The notes under the pieces were generated by a model. It searched no databases and was not told where the DNA came from. It saw only the letters and a program-made list of their open reading frames with translations. A program made the translations under genes and the position numbers. A DNA stretch of 64,000 nucleotides, from contig OX597817.1 of NCBI GenBank assembly GCA_951406725.2, positions 2,852,001 through 2,916,000 of the forward strand, in the 5' to 3' direction. The stretch is from Octopus vulgaris (lineage: Eukaryota). Shown piece after piece: positions 1 to 12,811 of the stretch (position 1 is the first letter of the stretch; every line of letters begins with the position of its first letter).

Positions 1-487
1 CAAGGAAGCAAATAGATTTATAGTGGTAGGTGGGAGCATTCACATGGCTACAGTGTTTGAATATTCAAGAAGTGGTTATGGTGTGAGGCAAGTTATAAGT
101 AATCATGTGTAAAATAAGAGATATCAAAATGTCTGCAAGAAATATCAAAGCCGTAAGATCTTCTCCAGTCTAGCTGTAACTTATTCTGAGATCGAATAAT
201 TAAAATATTGTTTGGTGGTCTGCAATTTTGACTCAACGATTTTGAAATTGCATTTCTATATGTTTCAGTCATGAGTTGTTGCTTGAATATTTAGGGATAT
301 ACTCCTGATGGTACAAAAGACTCGGTGTTCTAATCTTAATTTCAAATAGCATTTTCTTCGGAAGTCTTGAGCTCCATTTTTCTTTCTCTTTCTGTGTCGC
401 TATCTCTCTTTCTTTTCAACACTCATATGCGTCTGTGTCTGTGTGAGAGTGGGTATATTAAACATTGTTTTCTTTGAAAACATATAA

Positions 488-702
488 TGGTTTCAAATTT
501 TGGCACAAGGCCAGCACGTTCGGGAAAGGGAGATAATCGATTACATCGACTCAAGTGCTCGACTGGTACTTATTTTATTGACCCCGAAAAGATGAAAGGC
601 AAAGTCAACCACGGCAGAATTTGAACTCAGAACGTGAAGACGGATGTAATGCCGCTAGGCATTTTACCTGGTATGCCAACGGTTCTACTAGCCCGCCGCC
701 TT
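488..702 (-). mobile_element. tRNA-derived SINE, family A (tail type 2, ...GGCCTTGTGCCAAAATTTGAAACC)
   Basis: Reverse complement matches the copies at 1156 and 44774: AAGGCGGCG.GCT.G.AGAA.CGTT head, GAGTTCAAATTC B-box-like motif, central GACTTTGCCTTTCATC..TTCGGGGTC.ATAAA.TAAGTACC block. Confidence 0.85.
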
Positions 703-1155
703 GCAAACAAGCTATATTAAAAACTCAAATATGTTCAAGTTTACTTATCTTCATTAATGATTTTTCATATTTCCCTGTCAGCCCTTTATGTTTTTATTAA
801 AATAATACCGTTTCTAAACCTATTAATATTTCCGGGCGTTCTCAGACGTAGCTAGATGTAGTATAAATTTTAGGCCGTCTTCTAACTGCCGCCTTTTCAT
901 AGTGATCATCTAGGCTCATGGGAATGGTAAAACCCGCAGACAGATTGATATCCCTAGGTTCTTTCTTATTGCTCTTCGTCCTTCGTTTCATTCTTCATTA
1001 AAATTTACCTAGGTTCAAAAACAATAAAATTGTGTGGTGTTCAATATTTCTAGAGATCCTCGGAAAGGTAACTGAAAGGAATCTTTTCAAGCAAAAACGA
1101 AATTCGCTTCCATATTCAACAGCTACGAGGCTAGGTCAATATTCTTAGGTCAGTG

Positions 1156-1368
1156 AAGGCAACGAGCTGGCAGAAACGTTAGCACGCCGGGCGAAATACT
1201 TAGCGATATTTCGTCTGTCTTTACGTTCTGAGTTCAAATACCGCCGAGGTCGACTATGCCTTTTGTCCTTTCGGGGTCGATAAATTAACTACCAGTTGCG
1301 TACTGGGGTCGATCTAATCGACTGCCGTCTCCTCCAAAATTTCGGGCCTTGTACCTAGAGTAGAAAAG
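1156..1368 (+). mobile_element. tRNA-derived SINE, family A, with 18-bp target-site duplication
   Basis: Head AAGGCAACGAGCTGGCAGAAACGTTAGCACGCCGGGCG, B-box-like GAGTTCAAATACC. Flanked by AATATTCTTAGGTCAGTG (1138-1155) and AATATTCATAGGTCAGTG (1369-1386). Confidence 0.9.
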
Positions 1369-1416
1369 AATATTCATAGGTCAGTGGGAGATCAGGACTG
1401 GGAGGTTATATTCTTG

Positions 1417-1808
1417 GGAGCAGGCATGGCTATGAGGGTAAGAAGCTCACTTTTGCAGTCACGGGGTTTCGAGTTCAGTCCCAATGCGTGGTACCTTAAG
1501 CAAATGGCTTCCATTATAGCCCCGGGTTAACCAATATCTTGTTAGTGGATTTGGCAGACAGAAACTGTGTAGAAGCCCATCTCATATGTACGTATCTGTG
1601 TGCGCGCGCGTATGTTTGTGTGAGAGACATTTTCCTTACCACCAGTTTTCATAATCGGCGTTGGTTTGTTTACGTCATCGTAACCTAGCGGCTAGGCAAA
1701 AGAAGCTGATTGAATAAGACTTTCTATTTGTTCGACTAAAACCCTTCAAGGATTGCCCTAGCATGGCTGCCGTCCAACGACTGATACAAGTAGAAAAAAT
1801 AAAAGATT
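1417..1808 (+). mobile_element. tRNA-derived SINE, family B (CORE-like, internal microsatellite)
   Basis: Matches the best copy at 59461: GCAGG..TGGCT head, GGTTCAGTCCCA.TGCGTGG.ACCTT..GCAA.TG CORE-like block, tail CATGGC.GC.GTC...ACTGA.ACAAGTA.AA. Confidence 0.85.
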
Positions 1809-1929
1809 TTAAAAATATATATTTTTGGCACCTCATTGCACGTTCATTTCTCCCTGAAGCAAACAACTGCTGGCAGTGGTAATGGAGTCAATGAATTACT
1901 TAGAACACATCTTTATCATATATCGTTTA

Positions 1930-2318
1930 TTTATTTCCTTGTTTCAGACATCGGACTGCGGCCACGCCGGGGCACCGCCCTGAAAGATTTAGTCGAACAA
2001 ATCGCCCCTAGTACTTATTTTTTAAGTCTGATACTTATTCTATTAGTCTCTTTGGCCGAACTGCTAAGTTACGGGGACCTAAACAAACCAACACCGGTTG
2101 TCAGGCTGTGGGCGAACAACCGCAGTCACAAAGAGATACACAGACACACATATACATATACAATGGGCTTACATACTATTTCTTTTTAGCAAGTCCACTC
2201 ACAAGGCATTGGTAGGTTCGGGGCTATCGCAGAAGCCATTTTCACAAAGTGTTGCGAAGTGTGACTGAACCCGAAACCGCGTGGTTACTAACCGGGTTTC
2301 TTAACCACGCAACCATAA
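1930..2318 (-). mobile_element. tRNA-derived SINE, family B
   Basis: Reverse complement of the family B consensus; lies tail-to-tail with the 1417-1808 copy. Explains ORF 1836..2189. Confidence 0.85.
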
Positions 2319-2819
2319 CTATCTATTTAATCAAGGTTGACCTGGAGTTAAACAGCGACTGCAATATAGTCTTGATCCCGTTCTAAGATTATAAATTAAT
2401 AAAAATAAAGCTCGAGAACACATATTTATAGTATTTTGTAATTTTCAAGTGTTTCAGAATGTGTGAGCTTCGTACAGTCCGTAAGCTGTTAGAAGCGTAA
2501 AAGATATTAATAGAACCCAGACTTACTTTACAGGATATGTCCCCATGGGAGGTTACTGCTAACACCGTTTTATCTTCTGTTAGGTTTTCTTTTTAATTGT
2601 GTATTACTTCAATTATTTTTCAGATATTTAGTTAATGAACGATAATACATAATTCATACAAATTTCCTTATGACAGAAAATGTATTTGGTACAGATTATA
2701 AGTAGTTTTGTTCATAAAGAGATGTAGTCTAGGACAAAGTTTTAAGCAAAATAAAAAAAAAAAAATGTTACTGACAATATGATATTGATTTTTGTTTTGT
2801 TCTTTTTGTTTTTACTTAG

Positions 2820-2845
2820 GCAACATGCCACAAATAATTTATAAG
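2820..2845 (+). CDS. Candidate micro-exon containing a start codon (MPQIIYK, ATG at 2825)
   Basis: Branch-like TACTGAC (~2769-2775), long T-rich tract, TTAG acceptor at 2816-2819, CAACATG context, AAG|GTAGGT donor in phase 0. No downstream partner exon identified. Confidence 0.35.
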
Positions 2846-3064
2846 GTAGGTGATTGATGTAATATTTATTACCGTTTCAAGGACATTTGTGGCATAATTG
2901 AATTGTCGTTCATCAAGAGTTGAGACAGACGCACTGCGTCACGGAGCCATTATGGTTTGCCTCCTGCATTTACCTCATTCGCAATACTGACTTCATTTTA
3001 CTAAACAAAATTTTTCGATGATGTTGTTGCCGTTATTCTTGCTGCAGCTGTTGTTGTTTTTGTC

Positions 3065-3528
3065 GGTACTATTTAAGAAGAGTGGTCCCGGTACGCGCAC
3101 TCGCGTACTCGCGCACCCGCGCTAGCAAGTCGTGACTACTCGATCCTACAACGACTACCTATCCTATAACAAGTGTTCATACAAATACTGTTGAAAGTTA
3201 TTAGAAGTTATTAGATAACCGTTTGGTACCCCCATCATAACTTAGATGGGTTTTTTTTTTAAACAAATAGTGTTTTCTTTAAACAAAATAAATAATTTTT
3301 TACACAAAGTAAATATTTTTTTTTAAACAAAGTAAATACATTTTTTTTCTAAACGTAAATAATTTTTTTTTAAACAAATTAAATAAAAATAACACACTAC
3401 ATGTTTTTGGTACCCCCCTCAGGTTATAGGATAGGTAGTCGTTGTAGGATCGACTAGTCACGACTAGCTAGCTCGGATGCGCGAGTGTGCGAGTGCGCGC
3501 ACTGGGACCACTCTTCTTAAATAATACC
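3065..3528. mobile_element. MITE with 106-bp terminal inverted repeats, Merlin-like
   Basis: 3065-3170 and 3423-3528 are inverted copies starting GGTAC/ending ATACC. Flanks TTTTTGTC (3057-3064) and ATTTTGTC (3529-3536) give an 8-bp TSD (7/8). GG termini plus 8-bp TSD fit Merlin; the AT-rich interior is non-coding. Confidence 0.85.
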
Positions 3529-4086
3529 ATTTTGTCGCTGCTGCTGTTGATAAGCTTGATGTAAGCTCTGGTCCGGTAGACCAATGATCAAAACCGTTCT
3601 AGCAGTAACCATTTCGTTTTCTTTTACTCGGAATTAATGTATCTAGGACTGCATGACCTAATAACGTGTCTTTCCTTTTGTAAAAACAGTAGAGTTGTGA
3701 TGTAAAGACACATTTAACTGATATTTTTAGCAGGCCGACTGGCAACATAATTGGTCAGTGGTTAGTTTGGTTTTCCTTGGGGGTTTGCCCAATCGTTTTA
3801 ATCGAACTCGGAATATAACAGAACTCCATGTATTATCTCCAGACGAATAACTCAGTACTGAGAAGACCAAAATTTAATTCAGTAATTTAGTATTGTACTT
3901 TAGATGTTTAAGTATGTGGTTGGTGCTCTATCTTTACTGTAAGGAAACAACCATCACAATACTCTTAAACCGTATATCAAATCTTTCAAAAATTTTTTTT
4001 AAATACAAGAAAACTGGTTTTGTAAAGAAAAACGGTAGAGAATGAGATATTAAAGATCGAATCTATCCCCCGATATTTATGTTCTT

Positions 4087-4494
4087 ATTTCTTTACTGCC
4101 CACAAGGGGCTATACACAGAGGGGACAAACAAGGACAGACAAACGGATTAAGTCGATTATATCGAACCCAGTGCGTAACTGGTACTTATTTAATCGACCC
4201 CGAAAGGATGAAAGGCAAAGTCAACCTCAGCGGAATTTGAACTCAGAACGTAGCGGCAGACGAAATACCTATTTCTTTACTACCCACAAGGGGCTAAACA
4301 CAGAGGGAACAATCAAGGACAGACGAACGGATTAAGTCGATTACATCGACCCCAGTGCGTAACTGGTACTTAATTTATCGACCCCGAAAGGATGAAAGGA
4401 AAAGTCGACCTCGGCGGAATTTGAACTTGGAACGCAGCGACGGACGAAATACCGCTAAGCATTTCGCCTGGCGCGCTAACGTTTGTGCCAGCTC
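4087..4494 (-). mobile_element. Family A SINE, head-to-tail dimer of the 183-bp body with tail type 1
   Basis: Units 4087-4269 and 4270-4452 are near-identical; a single head lies at 4453-4494. The minus-strand junction reads AAAGAAATA|GGTATTTCGTC. Confidence 0.9.
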
Positions 4495-5446
4495 CTGCGA
4501 CAAATAAAGACAAAGGCTAAGCAAAAGGAATTTGAACCAATATTCTTAAACCGTACATAACTAGATAGCTGAAAAACATTTGATCCGACTTGCCATTCCT
4601 ATTCACTTTCCGCTCTTCGATATTCTGCAAAATCTCCAACAAGCTGTTCCATGTTCGTAGGAGAAAAATTCCACGGCTTTGTGTTCAACTTCAGAAAGGA
4701 TTCTACTAAAAGTTTACCGGTTAAGTCGACTACCCAAGAACAAATAGAAGCCGACGGGGCTTTGCACAGTTTCTACCTACCTAATTTCACTGATAAGGCT
4801 TGGATTGATGCTTTATTATGGTAGAAAATACTTTCTGTAGATACTGGGTAGGGAGTTCAAAATCAAACACAAATTTTTGCCCTACGTGCTGTGTAAGGAT
4901 TCAAGCCCAAACACAAATTCTTTGAAACATGAACCCTTTAAGATAATTTGAATAATTTATGACTTGGTATTCCTTTTAGACTTGCAATAATCGAGTAAAG
5001 TCTGGTTCGATTTCATGTCACAATAAAATTATGAAAACTTTGTTTAGCAACCGATGCGAACTTGTTACCTGATATGCTCATATTGGCATATTTATGAAAT
5101 GGGGCATATTTCTGTAACAGCATAATATTTCTATACCTTTTCTTCTATTTCTAACGTGCTTTCTATTGTTGAATTTCTCGTAGTTAAGATCAAAAGAAAT
5201 ATCTTACATTGCCATATAAAGATTTAGTTTCTTCTCGTGGTTTCAAGAAACTGCAGTAAGTATTCTCCCGGGATTCATAACTAAGAAACAACTTCAAACG
5301 CTACCTGAGTTTCAAACTACAGAAGCTAGCATGTTGTAAACTATATATAATACATTCGATATTGAATACGAATAGAGCAGATATAAAAACAGAAAGCATT
5401 AGAGGTGATAACTTTCATATATACAATGAAATAATGTTCGTTCTTC

Positions 5447-5479
<33 letters not shown>

Positions 5480-5670
5480 ACTCACTTTCTCTACTTCACA
5501 TTCACCGCTCTCCTTCTATGTATGTGTGACTATATGTGAAAGTGTTTCTCTTTTTTTATGGCTATGCGTATGCATATATATGTATGCATGACATTTTATG
5601 TGCGTTTACACACATATACAGATACATACTCATATATATATATAAGAGAAAGGGAGTGACTTAAAAGTGA

Positions 5671-5703
<33 letters not shown>

Positions 5704-6416
5704 ATGCATGTGTATACATATGTATGTATGCATGTATACACACATACAAGCATATGCACATAGTGTTAGGTATGTGGGTCTGTATATATATATAAATATT
5801 TATATATATATATATATATATATATCATATATATACGTAGATACATACATATATGTGTGTGTGTGCGCGTGAAACATTGGTTTCGAATGGCGAGAAGTTG
5901 ATTGTTATGAATATTCAATGAACCGCATCCATCCACTCAGCATTAATCAATAATCAGAAGTAATCGTTAATTCGATACTGGAAAAAACCTGACAGTCAGT
6001 CCGTTTATCAACCATTAGATATTTACCAAGGGAATGTAAAATCTGCGATGGATATCCGTTTAGAAACCGAAACCGGTATAGACATTGACTGATGCAAAAA
6101 AGAAAATCGTATTAGACGAAAAAACAAAAGCCTATGTTGAATTTGCTTCCCGAAGTACATAATTTCATAAAACATGAAGCTTAATCAAAGATGATGTCTC
6201 GCTTGCTCGCTGTTGAAAACCTACCTTATCAAATTTAAACAGTAGAAATCGGGCACTGCATGAAGACCTACGACATCAAACAGAAGTTTCTAACTCTCCA
6301 CAGAATTGAATATAATATGTGTGCATGTATGTATGTATGTATGTATGTATGTTTGTATGTATGTATGTATGTATGTATGTACGTATATATATGTCTGTGT
6401 ATGTATGTATGTATGA

Positions 6417-6740
6417 AGGCGCGTGGCTTAGTGGTTAGGGGTATTCGACTCATGATCGTAAGGTCATGAGTTCAATTCCCGGCGGCGCGTAGTGTCCATG
6501 AGCAAGACACAATATTTCACGTTGCTCCAGTCCACTCAGCTAGCAAAAATGATTAGTACCTGTATTTCAAAGGGCCGGTCTTGTCACACACTGCGTCACG
6601 CTGAATCTCCCCGAGAACTTCGTTAAGGGTACACGTGTATGTGGAGTGCTCAGCCACTTGCACTTTAATTTCACGAGCAGGCTGTTCCGTTGATTCGGAT
6701 CAGCTGGGACCCTCGTCGTCGCAACAGACGGAGTGCTCCT
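6417..6740 (+). mobile_element. tRNA-derived SINE, family C
   Basis: A-box TGGCTTAGTGGTT, B-box GAGTTCAATTCCC, then GTGTCC.TGAGCAAGACAC..CCACTCAGCT central block. The 3' half recurs at 21025-21230. Confidence 0.85.
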
Positions 6741-6843
6741 ATGCATGTGTGTATGTGTGTGGGTGTACGTGTGTTTGAGTGTGTGTGTGTGTGTGTGGGT
6801 GGGTGTACGTGTATTTGTGTGTGTCTGTGTGTGTGTGTGTGTC

Positions 6844-7110
6844 CGCATGGCTATGTGGGTAAAGCATCGGGCTCAATCACAATCAGGAAGTAGTGAGTTC
6901 GACTTCCTGACCGGGCTGTGCTTTGTGTTCTTGTGCAAGACCCTTGCTCAAGAACATTGCTCCAGTTCACTCAGTTGCAGAAATGAGGTGCGCCGCCACT
7001 GGTGCCAGGCTGTATCGGCTTTTGTCTTTCCCTTGATTAACATCGGTGGCGTGGAAAGCGGAGGCTGGTCATCTACAAACAACCTTGTCAGGACTTGTGC
7101 CTCCGAGGGG
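6844..7110 (+). mobile_element. tRNA-derived SINE related to family C (different tail)
   Basis: TGGCTATGTGGGTAAAGC A-box-like and GAGTTCGACTTCC B-box-like motifs, followed by GTGTTCTTGTGCAAGAC..TTGCTCCAGTTCACTCAG block. Confidence 0.65.
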
Positions 7111-7126
7111 AGCTTTCTTGGGGTCT

Positions 7127-7273
<147 letters not shown>

Positions 7274-7381
7274 TAAATATAAATTATAAATTACAAAATA
7301 TATATATATATATATATGTTTAAATATTTGTTGTGCAAAATGACCATTCCGAACTATAAAAATATATATATATATATATAT

Positions 7382-8130
7382 AGCAATAATAATTCTCTAA
7401 ATGAGATATAGACAGTGACTGCTCCATAACATAAGGGAAATTAGCCAACTGAATATGGCTAGGGACAGGGCAGGTGGTGGGGGTGTCACTGTTGCATTTA
7501 GCCCCAGGCGAACATCAACGTCACCAGATAGGCCGACGCCATCACGGCGTCCTCTATCTTGCAAAGGGAGATCATTCCCCAAGAAGCGGATGCCACATAC
7601 GGACCTAGGTTTCTAGGTGTATTGCCTATTATCAACGTATGGTAGGCACCGCTTCTCGACGAACAACTCACCGTGCAAGATATATATAAAGATTTTCAAG
7701 TAAATACATTTACTGATTTCGAAAATCTGTTCGACAGCAATAATAATTCTCTAAATGAGATATAGACAGTGACTGCTCCATAACATAAGGGACATTAGCC
7801 AACTGAATATGGCTAGGGACAGGGCAGGGTGGTGGGGGTGTAACTGTTGCATTTAGCCCCAGGCGAACATCAACGTCACCAGATAGGCCGACGCCATCAC
7901 GGCGTCCTCTATCTTGCAAAGGGAGTGATAATAGGCAATACACCTTGAAACCTAGGTCCGTATGTGGCATCCGCTTCTTGGGGAATGATCTCCCTTTGCA
8001 AGATAGAGGACGCCGTGATGGCGTCGGCCTATCTGGTGACGTTGATGTTCGCCTGGGGCTAAATGCAACAGTGACACCCCCACCACCTGCCCTGTCCCTA
8101 GCCATATTCAGTTGGCTAATGTCCCTTATG

Positions 8131-8134
<4 letters not shown>
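7382..8134. repeat. 354-bp unit in tandem plus inverted arrangement inside (TA)n; Penelope pseudo-LTR-like
   Basis: Unit 1 at 7382-7735; partial direct copy at 7736-7925; inverted copy at 7926-8134 (reverse complement of ~7426-7633). (TA)n on both sides. Confidence 0.85.
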
Positions 8135-8210
<76 letters not shown>

Positions 8211-9146
8211 GTCGACTAAAATACAGTTTCCCAAACGCAGTCCGTTTATAACTCCTAGCAATACAATGGATTCGTTTCTATGCCTAAACATTAAGACAGA
8301 GTATACAAACACCTGTACTTTCATGTACACGCAGAATTTAAACGATTTTGAAGAGCGAAATTCCTACCTAAAAGAGAATTTAGATTTTTCTCGAAAAATG
8401 ATTCACCGCATAAAGAAATAAAAAATAGGTATTTTGATAAACTACTATACCATGCAATAGAGCAGTATTATTACAAATGCGGCATAATATTACTCCTATT
8501 AAAAATACACAAAACAGAAAAAAATGTGCTTTGTATGAATCAAACCCAAACTATCAATAAAATTAATGATGAATGCATTATCAAAAGCTACAAAAAAGCA
8601 TAACACAAAGTGCATCACAATGGTACTAAAAAACTGATACAAAAATTATACGGCAAAACCTCAAAAGCAAAAAAGTTTTATTACCAAAAACCATCGACTG
8701 GCTTGTAAGGCTTCTAGCGAGAATCGAATGACTAATTTAATTAATATTTAAAGTTGAATTCAATTTCCAAACTTTGCAATTCGTATTGTTATATTGAGTA
8801 TAAAGATATAGTAATCATATCTATTTTTTTTTACGAAACTGTTTAAACCAAATGACAAAAAAATAAATAAATAAATTCAAATTTCGGTGATAATAATAAC
8901 ACCTGTCATTTGACCTCTGATGACTGTAGAGCGGGAAGAATACATGCAAAGACAGTCTGATAGAGAGGAGGAGTCTGAAGAGGAAACTCGTGCAAAAATA
9001 TTTTTAAACCATTAATACAATATTATGTAACTAAAACCTAGTCATGTTTTCAATGCTTGCGTGCGTGTGTATGTGTGTGTGGGCGCGTGTGTGAATGTGT
9101 GTGTGTGTGGTGTGTGTATGTGTGTATGTGTGTCTGTGTGCATGTC

Positions 9147-9203
<57 letters not shown>

Positions 9204-9227
9204 CATCATACATACATACATACATAC

Positions 9228-9263
<36 letters not shown>

Positions 9264-9397
9264 AGGAGAGAGAGCGTTTGTTAAATAGAGCCTGTCAGAT
9301 TAGGTAACAAAACATTATGAATTACACTGCATTATTTCCAGTTTCTCTTTTTGCTATTCAAGCATTTTGGACTGGTTAAAAGCAAAATAATAACATC

Positions 9398-9400
<3 letters not shown>

Positions 9401-9479
<79 letters not shown>

Positions 9480-9488
9480 GTAGTAGTA

Positions 9489-9559
<71 letters not shown>

Positions 9560-9613
9560 AAGAAGAAGAAGAAGAAGAAGAAGAAGAAGAAGAAAATGAA
9601 AATATTGAAAAGA

Positions 9614-9648
<35 letters not shown>

Positions 9649-9670
9649 ACAAATAAATAAATAAATAAAT
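9401..9670. repeat. Compound microsatellite (TAA)n(TAG)n(GAA)n(TAAA)n
   Basis: Directly visible; produces the poly-I/R/L ORFs 9332..9796 and 9351..9599. Confidence 0.97.
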
Positions 9671-9974
9671 GAAAGAGAACTTAGAAGTTGTCTGACTTAC
9701 TGAATAAATAAATTTAATGCTCTGAATGATTTTTGTTTGCGTATTATTAATTTGGAGAAACGTACAGTAATACTTTTTGCCTTTTATCTTAATCATTGCG
9801 TTGCGCTTTATTATTGCGTGGCATAAATAAAAAGTTTGTAAGCAACAATTGATATTTAAAAACTCTACATTACAAATGCGCAGATTAATATAAGTGTACG
9901 CATGCTAACTGTCCAGAAATATATACATCCACTTACATACACGCATAGATACGAAGTTTAATGTAATATAACAT

Positions 9975-10155
9975 ACTCTTTTACCTTTTACGTGTGTCAG
10001 CTATTGGCTTGGGACCATGCTGTAGCCTCGCTGTAAATAGTTTAGTCGAACAAATCAACCTATGACTTACCTTTAAACCTGGTTCTTCTACCGAATACCA
10101 CTTACGGATGCGTCATGTGATGATGGGGGAAACAAACACACACACACACACACGC
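9975..10155 (-). mobile_element. Family B SINE, degenerate 3' part
   Basis: CTCTTTTAC...CCATGCTG...TTTAGTCGAACAAATCAACC matches the reverse complement of the family B tail. Confidence 0.65.
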
Positions 10156-10240
10156 TTTTTTTTTTTTTTAGCTATGAACTACTTTTAAGTATAAACATGA
10201 ACATTACAGATTTTACCCTGAATCTTATCGTTTTTATACT

Positions 10241-10397
10241 ACAGGAGTGAATGTGTGGTAAGTAGCTTGCTTATGAACCATATGGTTCTGGATTCAGTCC
10301 CACTGCGTGGCACCTGGGGCAAGTGTGTTCTACTATAGCTTCGGGCCGACCAAAGCCTTGAGTGGATTTGGTAGACAGAAACTGAAAGAAGCCCGTC

Positions 10398-10487
<90 letters not shown>

Positions 10488-10690
10488 TTGTGTGTGTGTG
10501 TGTGTTTGTCCCCCCAACATCGCTTGACAACCTATGCTGGTGTGTTACGTCCCCTTAACTTAGCGGTTCGGCAAAAAAGACCGATAGAATAAGTACTAGG
10601 CTTACAAAGAATAAGTCCTGGGGTCGATTTGCTCGACTAAAGGCGGTGCTCCAGCATGGCCACAGTCAAATGACTGAAACAAGTAAAAGA
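10241..10690 (+). mobile_element. tRNA-derived SINE, family B, full length with internal (TA)n(TG)n
   Basis: High similarity to 59461-59860 and 42167-42575 over the whole length. Confidence 0.92.
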
Positions 10691-12244
10691 GCACCCTTGC
10701 AGGAAGTGTAATGAAACTCTTAGTTTTATGGCTAAACAGTCTAATGATCCTAAAAATATCTTTAAGAATTTTATTTAAACAACATCTAGCAACGAACACA
10801 TGCTTTAACTCTTCCTCCAGTTCCCACAAATACGTACTTATATAACACTGAAGAATAAAGTACCTAAACATTATTAAGCATAATTAAAGAGGAAACCACT
10901 AAACACGACTGACAACCAAACATCTCACCATTGAAATAGAAAAGGTAACATTTGATGGTTCAATCCACGATACAATTTATTTGTAACTAAATTCATAGCA
11001 AAACTTAATGCTTCCCTTATAAAAGAAATCTGCCATGATGCTGAAATTATAGAACTTCTAATATGAGAGTTGTCAAGATTTTATATTCTACTACACTAAA
11101 CTTTCAATAAATTATTATTTCTTTTCATCAAATTAAATACGAGATCTGCACCTACCAGACCTACAAACTGCAGCTTCACTATCCCAACTAATTACTTTTT
11201 GAATTTTAACTATTTAGCAAAGGATATAGTTTACAAATATAATGTGTACACTGCAAATACTGTAAAAATATCTATTTCCCTTATTGCTAGTCCCTTTCCT
11301 TTTAACTAAAAGGGACATACATAATCGTCTGAAATTATTCCAAAAGTATTTCCACTTTGATTTCTGATTACGTTGTAATTTAAAATTAAAGAATTCGAAA
11401 CTGAAGAAAATTTTCCCTAGAGCTTTTATATTATAGCCAGACGTAAAGAACCATGCAATCTTTGTACGACCAGTAACCCGAGCCCACACTCGAAACTCAA
11501 CCAAGAAGAACTAAAATACATTTAAACGTTATAAAGCCTCACTACTGGATAAATATCAAAACGAATCTATTCTTTTTGTACTAGTGTCGTTACCAACAAA
11601 GGAGGACGTGTGTGTATGAGAGAGAGTGTTTTTGTGTGTAGATGTACGTATGTGTGTGTGTACGTACATATGTGTGTGCTTTTGTGTGTCTGTATATGTG
11701 TTTGAATTCGTGTTCCTGTGTGTTTTGTTTACAAATCAGAATTGTTGTCGTAACTGCATCTCCTAATTGCATTTCTCAGATATCAACCCAGATGCAAACA
11801 AATCTATTTTTTGTTTTTATCTATACTGAGCAATATATGAAAATAAAATTTGCTCTACTTAAAACTCAAGACTTTTTAGTAATAAAATACGACATGCTAA
11901 TAAGTCGAGGTCAATTTTCTGCCTAGAAATGCCAAGCTGAACATGATATTGCAGTAATATGAAAACACATAAGCAATAAAAGAAATAAAAGCGGAATTAA
12001 CAAACGCAATAGAAAAGAAAGACAGCGATAAGGTCATAGTGATCTTTTACAGCTAAGAGATTCTATTTCTTTTTTAAATGGAATTATTTCAAAAGCAATT
12101 TGTTTTCAATTTCCAAAAAGTGCATTTGAAGTTTCGTTTGTTGATAATTTCGTATGTTTGTGTACTCTTTTCTTACATCTATTTTATAAATCTAATCTTC
12201 ATCCCTTATCTGATTTCTTTGCATCTGCGACTTCCTTTTTTTTC

Positions 12245-12298
<54 letters not shown>

Positions 12299-12490
12299 TA
12301 TTCTTGTTATTATTCAATTAACACATTGATAAGACTTCACAATTCAATCCGATAGATATCTCGTACAAGAAAAGATATCACCAATTCTGCTTCTTTCAGT
12401 ATTCTAATAATTCTTCTATTTACGTATGCACACGCGTGTGTGTGTGTGTGTGTGTGTGTGTCTCTGCTTGTTCAACGGTGCGTCAGTATT

Positions 12491-12700
12491 CTTTTACTCT
12501 TTTACTTCTTTCAGTCATTTTTACTGTAGCCATGCTGGAGCAACGCATTTTAGTCAAACAAATTGACCTCTGGACTTATTCCTTGCAAGCCTGGCACATA
12601 TTCTATCGGTTTCCTTTGCCGAAACGCTAAGTTACGGGGATATAAACTCACCAAATTCGGTTGTCAAGCAATGATGGACAACGAACATAGATACAAACAC
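12491..12700 (-). mobile_element. Family B SINE, 3' half
   Basis: CTTTTACTT.TTTCAGTCATT...GCCATGCTGGAGCA...GCCGAAACGCTAAGTTACGGGGA matches the reverse complement of the family B tail. Confidence 0.8.
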
Positions 12701-12740
12701 AAATATATATATATAAATAGAGAGGGAGAGAGAGAGAGAG

Positions 12741-12811
<71 letters not shown>

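Noticed and set aside
6040-6085. GAAACCGGTA motif like the PLE hammerhead-like end (also AGAAACCGG at 38530)
   Set aside because: No convincing core plus stem II at 6040; the 38530 case lacks a proper UH and stem I.
6417-6485. Possible tRNA gene (also 62150-62222)
   Set aside because: A and B boxes are present but the cloverleaf is imperfect and runs straight into SINE body sequence.
7710-8421. ORFs 7710..8330 (-) and 7945..8421 (+)
   Set aside because: They arise from the inverted repeat plus microsatellites; no recognisable domain.
8200-9010. A-rich stretch with an HKVHHNG..L peptide resembling an integrase zinc-binding motif
   Set aside because: Short, interrupted by stops, and without supporting CxxC or DDE motifs.
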